Source: Mobula hypostoma
Lineage: Eukaryota
Assembly (NCBI RefSeq): GCF_963921235.1
Contig: NC_086097.1
Span: 12,462,001 to 12,526,000 of the forward strand
Reading direction: 5' to 3'
DNA length: 64,000 bases
Below are positions 62,843 to 64,000 of this stretch, one piece after another. The first letter of the stretch is position 1. The number at the start of each line of letters is the position of its first letter. The notes beneath the pieces are model-generated. The model was not told the origin of the DNA and did no database searches. It was given only the letters and a program-made list of their open reading frames with translations. The position numbers and the translations under genes are program-made.

Positions 62843-63510
62843 CCAGAATCAGAATCAAAATCAGGTTTAATATCACCAGAATATGTCATGAAATTTGTTG
62901 CCTTTGCAACAGCAATACAATACATACATTATAATAGAAATTTTAAAAACCGTGAATTAATGTATATACATTAATTAGTTAAGTTATATAATTAATGTGA
63001 AATAAAAATAAAAGTGTTGAGGTAGTGTTCACGAGTCAATGCCCATTCAGAGGGGAAGAAATTGTTCCTGAATCACTGAGTGTGTGCCTTCAGGCTTCTG
63101 TACTTCCATCCTGATGGTAGCAATGAGAAGGGGGCATGACGTGGGTGATGGAGGTTGCCTTTTTGAGGCATCACTCCTTGAAGGTGTCCTGGTTACTATG
63201 GAGGCTAGTGCCCGTGATGGAGCTGACAAAGTTGACAACCCTCTGCAGCTCAGTTTGATCCTTTGCAGTAGCCCCCCTCCACTCCATACCAGATGGTGAT
63301 ACAGCCAGTTAGAATTCACTCCGTAGTTCATCTGTAGAAATTTGTGAGTGTCATTGGTGACGTACCAAATCTCCTCAAACTCCTAATGAAATATAGCTGT
63401 AGTCATGCCTCCTTTGTAACTGCATCAATATGTTGGGTCCAGGATAGAGCCTCTGAGATAGCGATCCTCAGGATCTTGAAATTATTCACTCTTCCCATTT
63501 CTGATACATC
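62843..63510 (-). mobile_element. Rex1/Babar 3' fragment
   Basis: RVNNFKILRIAISEALSWTQHIDAVTKEA; (ttctga)n tail. Confidence 0.85.
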
Positions 63511-64000
63511 TAAGAGATCACTCCAGGGAAAGTTATCTCCAAATATCAGCTCCAACAGTCCAGTTGGAGAAAAGGAAAAAAAGAAATTATTGTTCTCATT
63601 AAGAAGAGGAATCACCAGATTTTGTCATTTCCCTGAATTTGCATATTTTATTTCTCACTTTTGCTTTCCACTAATGGCTTTTGAAAGAAGTGCCTTTTTC
63701 CAATCCTGTCAACTGAGTGACCCTTCCCAACCAGACTTGAATCAGGTAGTCCTGAGAAATGATCTCGGATTCTAATTCTCTTTATCATGGTCTCCTGTTG
63801 TGTCTAAAAAGGCCAATGAGGTAGATTTGAAAATTAGATGGAAATAGATATAGGAGACAGTTGATGCCATATTTAAGGAGATCGGACTAAATTAATGTAG
63901 TAATGGACCATCCATCATTGTTATTGGACTTGCTCTCATTTGCGTGAGCAAAACTGGTTAAAGATGAGACATGTTGCAAATGTCAGTGAACGGTTGGCAT

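Overview
Eukaryotic, repeat-dense genomic DNA. The repeat repertoire (CR1, Rex1/Babar, Penelope-like elements, HE1/V-type and Deu-type SINEs, RTE derivatives, Tc1 and hAT MITEs, Gypsy-type LTRs) suggests a cartilaginous fish (inference). I found no intact host gene. The long or recognisable ORFs are decayed retroelement proteins (CR1 ORF1 esterase and ORF2, Rex1 RT, Penelope RT and GIY-YIG, Tc1 HTH). Most notable: (1) a ~580-bp TSD-flanked element with an RTE-type tail (26779-27358) that carries a circularly permuted 178-bp piece resembling the N-terminal coding region of ZFTRAF1/CYHR1; (2) about a dozen minimal hammerhead-ribozyme motifs in Penelope pseudo-LTRs, one with an unmutated core at 4460-4495; (3) an HDV/CPEB3-like ribozyme fold at the 5' end of an ORF-less RTE-type element (21282-21912, plus two related copies), whose 3' half is shared with a tRNA/CORE SINE. 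Repeat boundaries are read by eye and are approximate unless a TSD is given. Family names are from recall of motifs; no search was run.
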